64,000 bases of DNA from Candidatus Poribacteria bacterium (GTDB lineage: Bacteria; Poribacteria; WGA-4E; WGA-3G). The position numbers and the translations under genes are program-made. The notes below the pieces were generated by a model. It did not search any database and was not told where the DNA came from. It worked only from the letters and a program-made list of their open reading frames with translations. Positions 32,005 to 41,306 of the stretch are shown here, one piece after another (within the stretch, counting starts at the first letter, position 1; each line of letters starts with the position of its first letter). The DNA is taken from positions 384,001-448,000 of the forward strand of contig CAXXUA010000004.1 of NCBI GenBank assembly GCA_963663765.2, in the 5' to 3' direction.

Positions 32005-32331
32005 TCAAGTGAATAGTTCTAACCAAACGAAGAACAAAATTATAATAACAAATTGGCTAACAAAACCTATAGCAGCCCAGACTTGTTGAATGCTTTTTGC
32101 CTTGATTTTATAGTTATCTGAATAATACGCAATGTATTCTGGTGTGCATTCAAATAAATATAAACGTGATGTTGGGGCTGATGGTTCAATTACAGCAGCA
32201 ATGATTACACCAAACAAGTTTCCAACGATACCCACAAGAAACCAAAGTAATTTGTTTATATCTTTTTTGGCATCATAATAGGCGTCAACGTGTGCTTTGT
32301 GCAAATCGTTGTTCATACTTATTTTCACCAT
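32005..32331 (-). CDS. small membrane protein, paralogue 2 of 3
   Basis: DAKKDINKLLW..SRLY..PEYIAYYSDNYKIKAKSIQ. Confidence 0.75.
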   Translation of the reverse strand: MVKISMNNDLHKAHVDAYYDAKKDINKLLWFLVGIVGNLFGVIIAAVIEPSAPTSRLYLFECTPEYIAYYSDNYKIKAKSIQQVWAAIGFVSQFVIIILFFVWLELFT

Positions 32332-32481
32332 CCAGAAAAAGCGGTTAGGTATTGAAAGTAACTATTGGATTCTACCTGAATAGCGCTTAGGATGTCAACG
32401 TTTTTTATTGTATGTCCAGAGTTAGTTGAAATCATAACACTTTGTCATGAACAACACATAAAACTCTTGATAACAGAAGAT

Positions 32482-32817
32482 TTACATAATCCATCGGTAA
32501 ATATTAGTTTCCATAACAAATATAACTACTACGACTAATAAAAGAACGACAACACCTAAACATGCAAAGTTAATCCGTATACTTCTCCCTTGTGCTATAT
32601 AAGCATCGGTGTAAAACGCGGTGTATTCTTGTGATTTTTCATATTCTTGTGATTTTACATATAAACGTATTGAGGGTGGCATAGGTTGACATATACATGC
32701 TATTAAAATAGCAATTATGCTGAATAAAAAACCTGCAATTAACCACAAAAAAGTGTTGATGTCTTGATATGCATCATTTACAGCATCAATGCGGGCTTGG
32801 TCTCGTGGATTGTTCAT
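32482..32817 (-). CDS. small membrane protein, paralogue 3 of 3
   Basis: DAYQDINTFLW..PPSIRLYVKSQEYEKSQEYTAFYTDAY. Confidence 0.75.
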   Translation of the reverse strand: MNNPRDQARIDAVNDAYQDINTFLWLIAGFLFSIIAILIACICQPMPPSIRLYVKSQEYEKSQEYTAFYTDAYIAQGRSIRINFACLGVVVLLLVVVVIFVMETNIYRWIM

Positions 32818-32945
32818 TTTACACCTTTTATTTTAAGTCTATTTTGATGAGATTATTCAGCTTTGTAGTTTGGATTGAGGCACGAAACCCAATAAAAAAA
32901 CGCTTGGACATACTGGAAAAGTTGAGTTTCACCTGCGGTTCAACC

Positions 32946-33285
32946 CATGGGTGTCAACTTAGCGATTCATATTATTTGTAGGAGGGAAACCTTGAAATCC
33001 CGATTTTCTCACTCAAGGTAGGCGTGCTTTGTAAGCGCGCCCCTCAACTGTACTCAACTGCAGGCGTGATTTGTAAGCGCGCCCCCTACTCACACGCACT
33101 CAACTGCAGGCGTGATTTGTAAGCGCGCGCCCCAACTGCACTCCCATGCAGGCGTGCTTTGTAAGCGCGCCGTTGCCAATAGTAAGCGCACCGTTGCCAA
33201 TCCTGTGTTTATCGGCGCACTTACAAAGCACGCATACCGGGATGGGATATTTAGCACTTGACTTTTTCTTAAGTTGACACCTATG
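32946..33285. mobile_element. MITE with CAT..ATG ends, 20-bp flanking direct repeat and REP-array cargo
   Basis: TIR CATGGGTGTCAACTTA / TAAGTTGACACCTATG; DR gtttcacctgcggttcaacc at 32926-32945 and 33286-33305. Confidence 0.75.
33018..33237. repeat. GTAG-type REP-like cluster (4 direct copies + 1 inverted)
   Basis: g(t/c)aggcgtg(c/a)tttgtaagcgcgc x4 and ggcgcacttacaaagcacgcatac. Confidence 0.8.
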
Positions 33286-33317
33286 GTTTCACCTGCGGTT
33301 CAACCCAACATACAAGA

Positions 33318-33964
33318 CTAATTTTGTTCTGCAGTTTTAAAACCGTAAATCTCAATTTCACGAATTCTGCCTGGTCTATGCATAGGTGTGCTAATATTGG
33401 AAATAACTGTTCTATCAAGCCTTCCTGAACCTAATAAGGTACTAAATGTAAATGTTTTTGACTTTTGAACAGGTGAATTAAAAGTTCTCAATATACGAAT
33501 CTTTATCTGATTAGTATAATATGGCTTCCTTAGTTTAAGGTCGATTATTTTAGACCTTACATCCCGCATCTCTATAATATGTTCCCAATTTTCTCCTTTT
33601 GCCCTTTTACCCTCATTCACATATACAACAAAATGTTTTAAATTATCCGAGTGAAGTATAATCCTATAGATTTTTTTCCTTTCTGGTAATGAAACAACCA
33701 CTATAGAATCATTTCGGAAAAATTCTGCATTATCCTTCGCTGCAGACACTTTTGCTGCATACTCTTTATTATTGATGTTAACGATAACGCTGCTTCTCCT
33801 ATAGTCTCAAAATTTCCATCAATCATTTCCGGACTCGTTGATTGTACTCCATCCATAAGTGCATAATTATTACTCCATTCTTGTGCTGAAAAAATCGTGC
33901 TACATCCAGTAATCATACAAGAAATACAAAACATAAAGAAGCAATCGAAACATTTATTGAACAT
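33318..33964 (-). pseudogene. frameshifted lipoprotein with galactose-binding/discoidin-like domain
   Basis: Lipobox ITG-C, WSNNYALMDGV..MIDGN; frameshift near 33790 continues VVVSLPERKKIYRIILHS..IREIEIYG. Confidence 0.65.
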
Positions 33965-34021
33965 AGTCTATCCGATGATATTAACCTGTATATTTCCGTG
34001 CGATGCTGTGCATTTCACATC

Positions 34022-35605
34022 TTATACGGTTTGCAAGTTGCTTATAGAAAGCAACCAGGGTTCATCTACCAAAGCACGCAAAAATATCCCGCGTGCGCCA
34101 TTTAAGTCTCTGTCCATCTTGAGTCCCATGCTATCTTTTATTATCTTTCGTCCACCGAGTGATTTTCTAATCTCACCATTCCACGAAACTGTTTTTGATG
34201 TGTATGCTTCACAGACATCAATGACGAGACATCCAGTCTCTTTCGCTTTGTGCTTTAGAAAATGTTTGAATCTGTAGTGCGACAGTGTCAACATTTGTCG
34301 GGCAGACTTCTTGTGTAGTTTGCGGTTTCCACGCATTACCATATCTGAAGTCTCAAAAGTAGGGAGTAGGATAATATCAAAGGTATCCACAAGGAAACGT
34401 GCTATTTTATGATGCAACTCGTCAACAAGATATCTGATACGTTTTCTGATGCGATTTGCAGCACGTCTCATATTCTTGCGTGATTGTTGTGTCGCTTTTA
34501 TTGCACGGGATAAAAGATTATCAAGGTATGAACAAAGTCTTTGAATCCGATTGATAGCATGGTGTCCAAGCCATCCGAAACCACGCTCATGGAAATATGT
34601 GAGGAATGTTCTCACGCCAGGGTCTAAAGCAACAACACTTCCGTTTGGTTTTCGCTTCGGAGTTGTCACAGTATAGGAAACACAGAGATAGTATTTATCA
34701 TTCTCTTTCACGAGGCGTGAGTCACAGATATTATCAGGTAACATCTCTGACATTTTGAGATCACCAAGCACTGTGTGATAAACACCGCGAGGTTTTATAG
34801 CAGACTTTGGTATGAAAATACTATCTGATGGATGACGTTTGGATTTGAAAAAAACAGACTGATATTGACCTGTTTTCTTGCATTTTCGCTTTGCTTCTCG
34901 GACAGCAATACAAGCGTCACGGATAGCAACAGATTTCACTTGATACGGTGTTTCTTTGCTCCAATCAGGAAGATCGTGAAGAATACCTGTTTTTATCGCT
35001 TTCCAATTCGCTTTTGTGTCTGTTTCGTTCAACAAAGCAATTGTTTTATTATAAGTAAAACGTGCTGTGCCAAACCACTGACGCAGTGTTTCACGTTGTT
35101 CTGTTGTCGGATAAACTCTTATCTTCTTTGATTTTGTCACGGTAACTTCGGAGTCCGTGCATTCTGTAACTGAAGACGTGCAGGATTGCGAGAAGATCCG
35201 ACGTGAGTTCTTCTTGCGGACTGTGTTCTGTTTGATCGAGAACCACGAGTTCGCCACCGTTTTGTTCAATGAGGTATTGTATAAGGTCGATACCGAAGCG
35301 GGCGAGTCTATCCCGATGGGCAATAACAACTTGGAGCTTATCACCTTGCATAAGCCGTTCCAATAAGGTTCTAAGCCCTTTTCTTTTGAAGTTGATTCCG
35401 CTTCCGATGTCTCGGATAACTTCTGCTTCGGGGTAGATACTTCGCATATATTCAACTTGTCGTTCAAGGTCTTCTCTTTGCTTTGTGCTGGATACTCTGC
35501 AGTAGCAAACAGTTGCAATTGATGTGGATTTGCTTTTGATGTATCCGTCAACATCATAGCGTCTGTGTCCGCCTCCTGTGCGGATAATATCAATCTTTCC
35601 TTCAT
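34022..35605 (-). CDS. tnpB: RNA-guided endonuclease TnpB, pro-Fanzor-type; start uncertain (ATG 35605 with SD, or GTG 35140)
   Basis: KIRVYPTTEQ..WFGTARFTYN; RuvC-I ALDPGVRTF; LLPTF in place of canonical Glu; EAYTSKT; RuvC-III DRDLNGARGI. Confidence 0.9.
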   Translation of the reverse strand: MKERLILSAQEADTDAMMLTDTSKANPHQLQLFATAEYPAQSKEKTLNDKLNICEVSTPKQKLSETSEAESTSKEKGLEPYWNGLCKVISSKLLLPIGIDSPASVSTLYNTSLNKTVANSWFSIKQNTVRKKNSRRIFSQSCTSSVTECTDSEVTVTKSKKIRVYPTTEQRETLRQWFGTARFTYNKTIALLNETDTKANWKAIKTGILHDLPDWSKETPYQVKSVAIRDACIAVREAKRKCKKTGQYQSVFFKSKRHPSDSIFIPKSAIKPRGVYHTVLGDLKMSEMLPDNICDSRLVKENDKYYLCVSYTVTTPKRKPNGSVVALDPGVRTFLTYFHERGFGWLGHHAINRIQRLCSYLDNLLSRAIKATQQSRKNMRRAANRIRKRIRYLVDELHHKIARFLVDTFDIILLPTFETSDMVMRGNRKLHKKSARQMLTLSHYRFKHFLKHKAKETGCLVIDVCEAYTSKTVSWNGEIRKSLGGRKIIKDSMGLKMDRDLNGARGIFLRALVDEPWLLSISNLQTV

Positions 35606-35678
35606 TTGCCAACCTCCGTAAATGGTCAGGTGTATAATCCAGCAGCTCACTTGCTTTGCGCGCTGATACATAAGTCAT
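35091..35678 (-). CDS. tnpA: IS607 transposase (MerR-type HTH + serine recombinase)
   Basis: RTGGGHRRY, YCRVSS (catalytic Ser), DLERQ, DIGSGINFKRKG, DRLARFG, EELTSDLLAILHVFS. Confidence 0.96.
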   Translation of the reverse strand: MTYVSARKASELLDYTPDHLRRLANEGKIDIIRTGGGHRRYDVDGYIKSKSTSIATVCYCRVSSTKQREDLERQVEYMRSIYPEAEVIRDIGSGINFKRKGLRTLLERLMQGDKLQVVIAHRDRLARFGIDLIQYLIEQNGGELVVLDQTEHSPQEELTSDLLAILHVFSYRMHGLRSYRDKIKEDKSLSDNRTT

Positions 35679-35813
35679 GTATATAGTAGCACATAAATAT
35701 CAAGGAATGTCAAGAAATATGTAGATATTTAGATACTGTCACTCTACCTTTTTGTTAATTTAGATATAATAAAGATTTACATAATTTGGTCTGAAGGTGA
35801 ATGCAGTATTAGA

Positions 35814-36863
35814 TTATGTTATCTCAATTGCACGACGTTCGATTGTTGCTTTTCGTGCGGCATCTATGATAGCAAGATTGTGATATGCATTTTCTGCACT
35901 GATTGGCATTGGTTTGTCTGCTGCAAGTGCATTCAAGGTTGCGGTAAAATATCCGATGTGTCCGCTTGCATCTTTGAGTCCCTCTTCATCAAGATTTGTG
36001 AGTTCCAATTGCTTCCATCCATCTGCTCTTGTATATTGACGAAGTGCGTCGCGGACATTATAGCGATGGCGCACTTGAAGGGAACCGTTTTTTGCATGCA
36101 CTTCGCACCAACCAAAATCGGTTTCGGGGACACACCATGCACCAGAAACTGTTGTAATAGCACCGTTTTCGTGTTCACAGAGTAGCATTGCGATGTCGTC
36201 AACATCTATATCAAAGCACATTGTCTTGACGCGTGCTTCAACGTACCGAACTGGTGATTGGATCAGTGTCGTGACGGCATATATTTCATGATAACTGGTA
36301 TCGCTAACACATCCGCCACCTTTTGCCTTGCTTGCGCGCCATGCAAACGCAGGTGTTGAATGGTCGGGAGAAAAATCTGTAGGTTTTAATCCCATTCCGG
36401 TGCTGCGTCCAAAATGGGGTTTACCTATTTCAGATAGTAGTGAAATTGCTCTTTGCATTCCAGCAGTAAAAAGATAATTGTGAATCACTGTGTATGGAAC
36501 ACCGTTTTTGCTGATGGATTCTACAATCCTGTCTGCTTCTTCAAGGGTTGTCGCCATCGGTTTTTCAGAGATAATCGCTACCCCCGCGTTAGCGGATTCA
36601 ATCACCTGTTCAGCATGTAGTGAATGTGGTGTTGCAATTGTAACTGCGTCAATATCGGATTGTGCAAGCATATCCCGATAGTCAGAGAAAAGATTTTCTT
36701 TTGAAACAGCAAACTGTTCACCAACCTTTTCCATATTCTCTGTTATTACATCTGTAAGAGCAGTGACTTTGACGGTATCTGCAAGTGAAAGATAGGCGCG
36801 AGCATGGGTTTGCTGAACGATTCCTCCACACCCTATTAGTCCTAAACGTATCGGTTTTCTCAT
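35814..36863 (-). CDS. Gfo/Idh/MocA-family oxidoreductase
   Basis: LGLIGCGGI, DAVTIATPHSLH, SEKPMA, GGGCVSDTSYH. Confidence 0.92.
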   Translation of the reverse strand: MRKPIRLGLIGCGGIVQQTHARAYLSLADTVKVTALTDVITENMEKVGEQFAVSKENLFSDYRDMLAQSDIDAVTIATPHSLHAEQVIESANAGVAIISEKPMATTLEEADRIVESISKNGVPYTVIHNYLFTAGMQRAISLLSEIGKPHFGRSTGMGLKPTDFSPDHSTPAFAWRASKAKGGGCVSDTSYHEIYAVTTLIQSPVRYVEARVKTMCFDIDVDDIAMLLCEHENGAITTVSGAWCVPETDFGWCEVHAKNGSLQVRHRYNVRDALRQYTRADGWKQLELTNLDEEGLKDASGHIGYFTATLNALAADKPMPISAENAYHNLAIIDAARKATIERRAIEIT

Positions 36864-36981
36864 CTCAAACTCCTTTGTTAGAGTTTACCACAATCAGATA
36901 AATTATCAAACAATTTTGTAACACCTATATTAGGAAATGTGCTACAATGACATACAAAATCTGCAAGGAAAGGAACTACGC

Positions 36982-38478
36982 ATGAGTAAAGAAGAAAAGA
37001 AAGATTCTGATGAGCAAAAGTCTGAAGAAAAGGACAACTCAACTCCTGATGATAACCTTTCTGTTACGCACCATAGTGTAACGATAAACGGTAAAGAGTT
37101 GAAGTATACTGCGACAGCAGGGACACTTGTCTTGAAGAAAGAGGTTGACAAAGAGGGTGAGAAACCGAAAGCGTCAATTTTCTTTGTTGCATATACGTTG
37201 GACGATGTGGAGGATAAGTCTAAACGTCCAATAACATTTTCATTTAATGGGGGACCGGGGTCATCATCGGTTTGGCTACACTTGGGTGTATTAGGTCCAC
37301 GGCGCGTTAAGCCGGATGAGGATGGAAATCCACCCCAACCACCGTATGAACTGACCAACAACGAATTTTCCATTTTGGATAAAACGGATCTGGTCTTCAT
37401 TGATCCTGTGAGTACGGGATTTAGTAGAGCAGTACCAGGTGAAGAAGCAAAGCAGTTTCATGGATTACAAAAGGACATTGAATCGGTTGGCGATTTTATT
37501 TTACTATTTTTGGGTAGGTATAAGCGATGGCGGTCTCCGAAATTTTTGATTGGTGAAAGTTATGGGACAACGCGTGCATGTGGATTATCTGGGTATCTTC
37601 AAGACAGAAATGGTACTTATTTGAACGGCATCATGTTGGTTTCGGTTGTGTTAAATTTTCAGACAATTCGGTTTGCGGTTGGGAACGACCTACCGTATAT
37701 CCTTTTTCTGCCAACATATACTGCGACAGCATTTTGGCACAACAAACTTAGCGAGATGGATACAAAACAGGAAGGCAGTTTTGAAAAAATCTTGGACGAA
37801 GCAAGGTCGTTTGCATTAGGGGATTACACCGTTGCATTGATGCAGGGAACAAACCTGACAGATCGCAGAAAGCAAGCGATTGTTAAGAAGTTGTCAACAT
37901 ACACTGGACTTTCCACCGATTACATTGAAAAAACTGATCTTCGTATTCGGATAAACAGGTTCTGCAAAGAGCTTCTGCGAGAAGAAGGACAAACGGTTGG
38001 TCGTTTTGATAGTCGTTTTACTGGCATCGACCGAGATTCCGCTGGTGAGAATTATGAGTATGATCCGAGTTCTGCAGTAATTCAAGGTGCATATACTGCT
38101 ACACTTAATGATTATGTGCGGTGTGAACTTGGGTTTGAAAGCGATCTCCCTTATGAAATCCTTAGTGGACGTGTGCATCCTTGGGACTATAAAAGTCATC
38201 AGAACGAGTATGTGAACGTTGCAGATACACTACGCAAGGCAATGACGACAAATCCTGCGTTAAAAGTGTATGTTGCAAATGGATATTTTGATTTAGCAAC
38301 ACCATTTTTAGCGTCTGAATACACATTTTCGCATCTTGGATTGGACAAGTCTTTACAGGACAACATCACTATGGCTTACTACAAAGCTGGACACATGATG
38401 TATATTGATATGGACGAATTGAGAAAGATGAAAGAAGATATGGACGCATATCTTGATGGTGTACTTGCTGATAATTAG
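36982..38478 (+). CDS. peptidase S10 (serine carboxypeptidase)
   Basis: [23 protein letters not shown] (catalytic Ser), [14 protein letters not shown]. Confidence 0.93.
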   Translation: MSKEEKKDSDEQKSEEKDNSTPDDNLSVTHHSVTINGKELKYTATAGTLVLKKEVDKEGEKPKASIFFVAYTLDDVEDKSKRPITFSFNGGPGSSSVWLHLGVLGPRRVKPDEDGNPPQPPYELTNNEFSILDKTDLVFIDPVSTGFSRAVPGEEAKQFHGLQKDIESVGDFILLFLGRYKRWRSPKFLIGESYGTTRACGLSGYLQDRNGTYLNGIMLVSVVLNFQTIRFAVGNDLPYILFLPTYTATAFWHNKLSEMDTKQEGSFEKILDEARSFALGDYTVALMQGTNLTDRRKQAIVKKLSTYTGLSTDYIEKTDLRIRINRFCKELLREEGQTVGRFDSRFTGIDRDSAGENYEYDPSSAVIQGAYTATLNDYVRCELGFESDLPYEILSGRVHPWDYKSHQNEYVNVADTLRKAMTTNPALKVYVANGYFDLATPFLASEYTFSHLGLDKSLQDNITMAYYKAGHMMYIDMDELRKMKEDMDAYLDGVLADN

Positions 38479-38510
38479 GAATTGAATGTAATGAGATTCT
38501 AACAAAAGTT

Positions 38511-39557
38511 ATGAGTTATCAAAGAGACTTTGAGAAAAGGCTTAATGTTGCTGTTGTTGGTGTTGGTTCACATGGATATCGGAATGTCCTACCAACAATG
38601 ACATTTCTACCAATTTGTATAAAAGCGTTCTGTGATGTGAACATTGACCGTGCTAAACTAACTGCTGAACAGTATGGTGTTAAGTCGTGCTATGCTGACA
38701 TGGCTGAGATGTTGCGGCATGAGAAATTAGATGCGATATTCCTTTGTGTTCCACCCCGTCTTCACCCTGAACTGACTTGCGAAGCGTTGGATGCGGGGAT
38801 GCATGTTTGGTTGGAAAAGCCACCTGGTATGTTTGCAAGTGAAGTTGGGGAGATGATAAGTCATCGCAAAGACCGTGTCGTTGTGGTTGGTTTCAAAAAA
38901 GCGTTTATGCCTGCTACACAGAAAATCATTGAAATCTTCAATTCGGATGAATATGGTCCACTGCGGACAATGTTGGGTGTGTATCCGATGGCGATTCCGA
39001 GTGATGGTGAACGTATTCTTCGTGAGCATGAACATACGAATTGGCTTCAAAACGGAGTGCATCCGTTATCATTGCTGCTTGCTGTTGGTGATAAGGTTTC
39101 TGGCGTTACCGTCCACCGTAGCAAACTTGGTGGTGGTGTTTGTATTATAGAGTTCGCAAGCGGTGCGATTGGTAACTTTCATCTTGCAGACGGTGCAAGA
39201 CATGGACAACCATCTGAACTGTATCAATTCTTTGGTGATGGTTGTCATGCTGAAATTCGGAACGGAACTCAGATTGTTTTACAACGCGGTATGCAATTCG
39301 ATTATCATGGCAGCACAAGTTTTGTCGCTGAAGGTTATGACAGTGGGGCAATTGTATGGGAACCACAACACAGTCTTGGAACACTTGAAAACAAAGGTCT
39401 TTTCATTCAAGGATTTTACCAAGAAATGCGTTATTTCTGTGATTGCATTTTGGACGGTAAACCTGCTGAAAAAGGTTCGCTTGAGTTTGCATTAGAGGTA
39501 ATGAAAGTATATGAGGCTGGACTTCGTTCTGAGGGAGATACAATAACCATTGCGTAG
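38511..39557 (+). CDS. Gfo/Idh/MocA-family oxidoreductase
   Basis: [26 protein letters not shown]. Confidence 0.9.
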   Translation: MSYQRDFEKRLNVAVVGVGSHGYRNVLPTMTFLPICIKAFCDVNIDRAKLTAEQYGVKSCYADMAEMLRHEKLDAIFLCVPPRLHPELTCEALDAGMHVWLEKPPGMFASEVGEMISHRKDRVVVVGFKKAFMPATQKIIEIFNSDEYGPLRTMLGVYPMAIPSDGERILREHEHTNWLQNGVHPLSLLLAVGDKVSGVTVHRSKLGGGVCIIEFASGAIGNFHLADGARHGQPSELYQFFGDGCHAEIRNGTQIVLQRGMQFDYHGSTSFVAEGYDSGAIVWEPQHSLGTLENKGLFIQGFYQEMRYFCDCILDGKPAEKGSLEFALEVMKVYEAGLRSEGDTITIA

Positions 39558-39581
39558 GTTTCACACTTTGCTGGAGAGAAA

Positions 39582-41288
39582 ATGCTAACGAAGTTGATCT
39601 GTCGAAATTTTAAGATGTTTGACGAAATAGAAGTTGAATTAGGGAATCCGGTTGTCTTCATCGGTCCAAATAATTCTGGTAAATCGACAGCGTTGCAAGC
39701 TTTGGCATTATGGGAGATTGGTCTAAGACGGTGGAATGAAATTCGAAAGGGAAAATCTATTCCAGAAAAACAACCGGGTGTTGTCATTAACCGTCGTGAC
39801 CTAATCTCTGTTCCAGTGCCAGAAGCACGATTGCTTTGGCGAAATTTGCAAGTGCGAGCTAAAAAGAACATTCGTATAGACATTATTGTTGAAGGTGTTA
39901 CCAATAATAAGACATGGCAATGTGGTTTAGAATTTGATTATGCAAATCAGGAATCCATTTATTGTGGTCCGTTAAGAAATACAGAAGGAAGTGGTAAAGT
40001 TAGCAGTCGAATGTCAATTCCTGAAGAAGTAGGAAACATGTCTTTTGCTTTTCTTCCACCGATGTCAGGACTTGCATCTAATGAAACACGACTTGATCCA
40101 GGGGCTATTAATGTTCGGATCGGAGAAGGACGAACAGCAGAGGTGCTTCGTAATCTTTGTTACCAAGTAGCGGAGAAATCTGAGACTTGGGATAGACTGT
40201 GTGAGCAAATCAGAGATTTGTTTGGTGTTAATCTTGACTTACCCAATTATATTCAGGAACGTGGCGAGGTTACAATGAACTATCGTGATAACTCTGGAAA
40301 TGCTTTAGACCTTTCCTCTTCAGGTCGTGGTTTTCAACAGACATTACTATTACTTGCGTATATCGCTGCACATCCTGGTTCTGTCCTATTACTTGATGAA
40401 CCTGATGCTCATCTTGAAATCCTTCGGCAAAGGCAAATTTATCAAGTACTCACAGAATCAGCTCGTGAATATGATAGTCAGATTATTGCTGCCAGTCATT
40501 CTGAAGTGATTCTGAATGAAGCTGCAGACCGGGATGTTGTAATTGCTTTTCTTGGAACCCCTCACCGAATTGATGACCGTGGGAGTCAGCTGCTGAAATC
40601 GCTGCGAGATATTGGTTTTGAACAATACTATCAGGCAGAACAACAGGGATGGGTTCTCTATCTTGAAGGATCAACGGATCTTGCAATTCTGCGATCATTT
40701 GCAAAGAAACTATCACATCCTGCTGCAAGTCTGTTAGAACGTCCTTATGTTGATTATGTTTCCAATCAACCAACAAAAGCTCGTGAACGCTTTTATGGAT
40801 TAAGGGAAGCAAAAAAAGATCTATGTGGGTTCTGTTTGTTTGATCGGATTACTGATGAACTCAAGACACGTCCAGAATTAATTGAGTACGCATGGAAGCG
40901 ATGTGAAATTGAGAATTACATAGTTTACGACAAACAAGTGCTAATAGATTGGGCTTGGGAAGAAGCACCTAATCATGAAGTAGGTCAATTATTTGGTGCA
41001 AACTGGATAACAATTATGGAAGACACAATTAAAGAAATAGAAGATGCCCTTGAAACACTAGGGAAAGGTTCTCCATGGTCACCGGTTGTTAAAGTAAGTA
41101 CTGATTTTCTTGACCCGTTGTTCGCTTCATTCTTCAAAAAGATGGAGTTACCTAACCTCATGCAAAAGACAAATTATCATACACTCGTCAAATTTGTACC
41201 TACAGATCAAATTGATCCAGAAGTTTCAGTTGTACTTGACGCGATATTAGAAGTAGCGAATAAGGCAAAACCGCTTAGTAGTTTGTAA
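39582..41288 (+). CDS. ABC/AAA_21-type ATPase fused to a TOPRIM-like domain (OLD/DUF4435-like)
   Basis: RNFK, GPNNSGKS, SSGRG signature, LLLDEPDAHL, ASHS; C-terminal LYLEGSTD, LFDR, RCEIENY. Confidence 0.8.
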   Translation: MLTKLICRNFKMFDEIEVELGNPVVFIGPNNSGKSTALQALALWEIGLRRWNEIRKGKSIPEKQPGVVINRRDLISVPVPEARLLWRNLQVRAKKNIRIDIIVEGVTNNKTWQCGLEFDYANQESIYCGPLRNTEGSGKVSSRMSIPEEVGNMSFAFLPPMSGLASNETRLDPGAINVRIGEGRTAEVLRNLCYQVAEKSETWDRLCEQIRDLFGVNLDLPNYIQERGEVTMNYRDNSGNALDLSSSGRGFQQTLLLLAYIAAHPGSVLLLDEPDAHLEILRQRQIYQVLTESAREYDSQIIAASHSEVILNEAADRDVVIAFLGTPHRIDDRGSQLLKSLRDIGFEQYYQAEQQGWVLYLEGSTDLAILRSFAKKLSHPAASLLERPYVDYVSNQPTKARERFYGLREAKKDLCGFCLFDRITDELKTRPELIEYAWKRCEIENYIVYDKQVLIDWAWEEAPNHEVGQLFGANWITIMEDTIKEIEDALETLGKGSPWSPVVKVSTDFLDPLFASFFKKMELPNLMQKTNYHTLVKFVPTDQIDPEVSVVLDAILEVANKAKPLSSL

Positions 41289-41306
41289 TGTTGAGTCGGA
41301 GGAAAT

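Larger units (their letters stand above)
33972..35748 (-). mobile_element. IS607-family element (tnpA serine recombinase + tnpB), complete
   Basis: GG dinucleotide at both boundaries on minus strand (35748-47, 33973-72); rejoining flanks gives aaaaaGGatagactATG; no TIR; 8-nt periodic TATCTAAA/TATCTACA near left end. Confidence 0.85.

Noticed and set aside
33018-33237. Possible mini-CRISPR (24-bp repeats with spacers)
   Set aside because: Spacers are short and resemble each other, one copy is inverted, units start with GTAG-like motifs, and no cas genes are present; these are REP-like.
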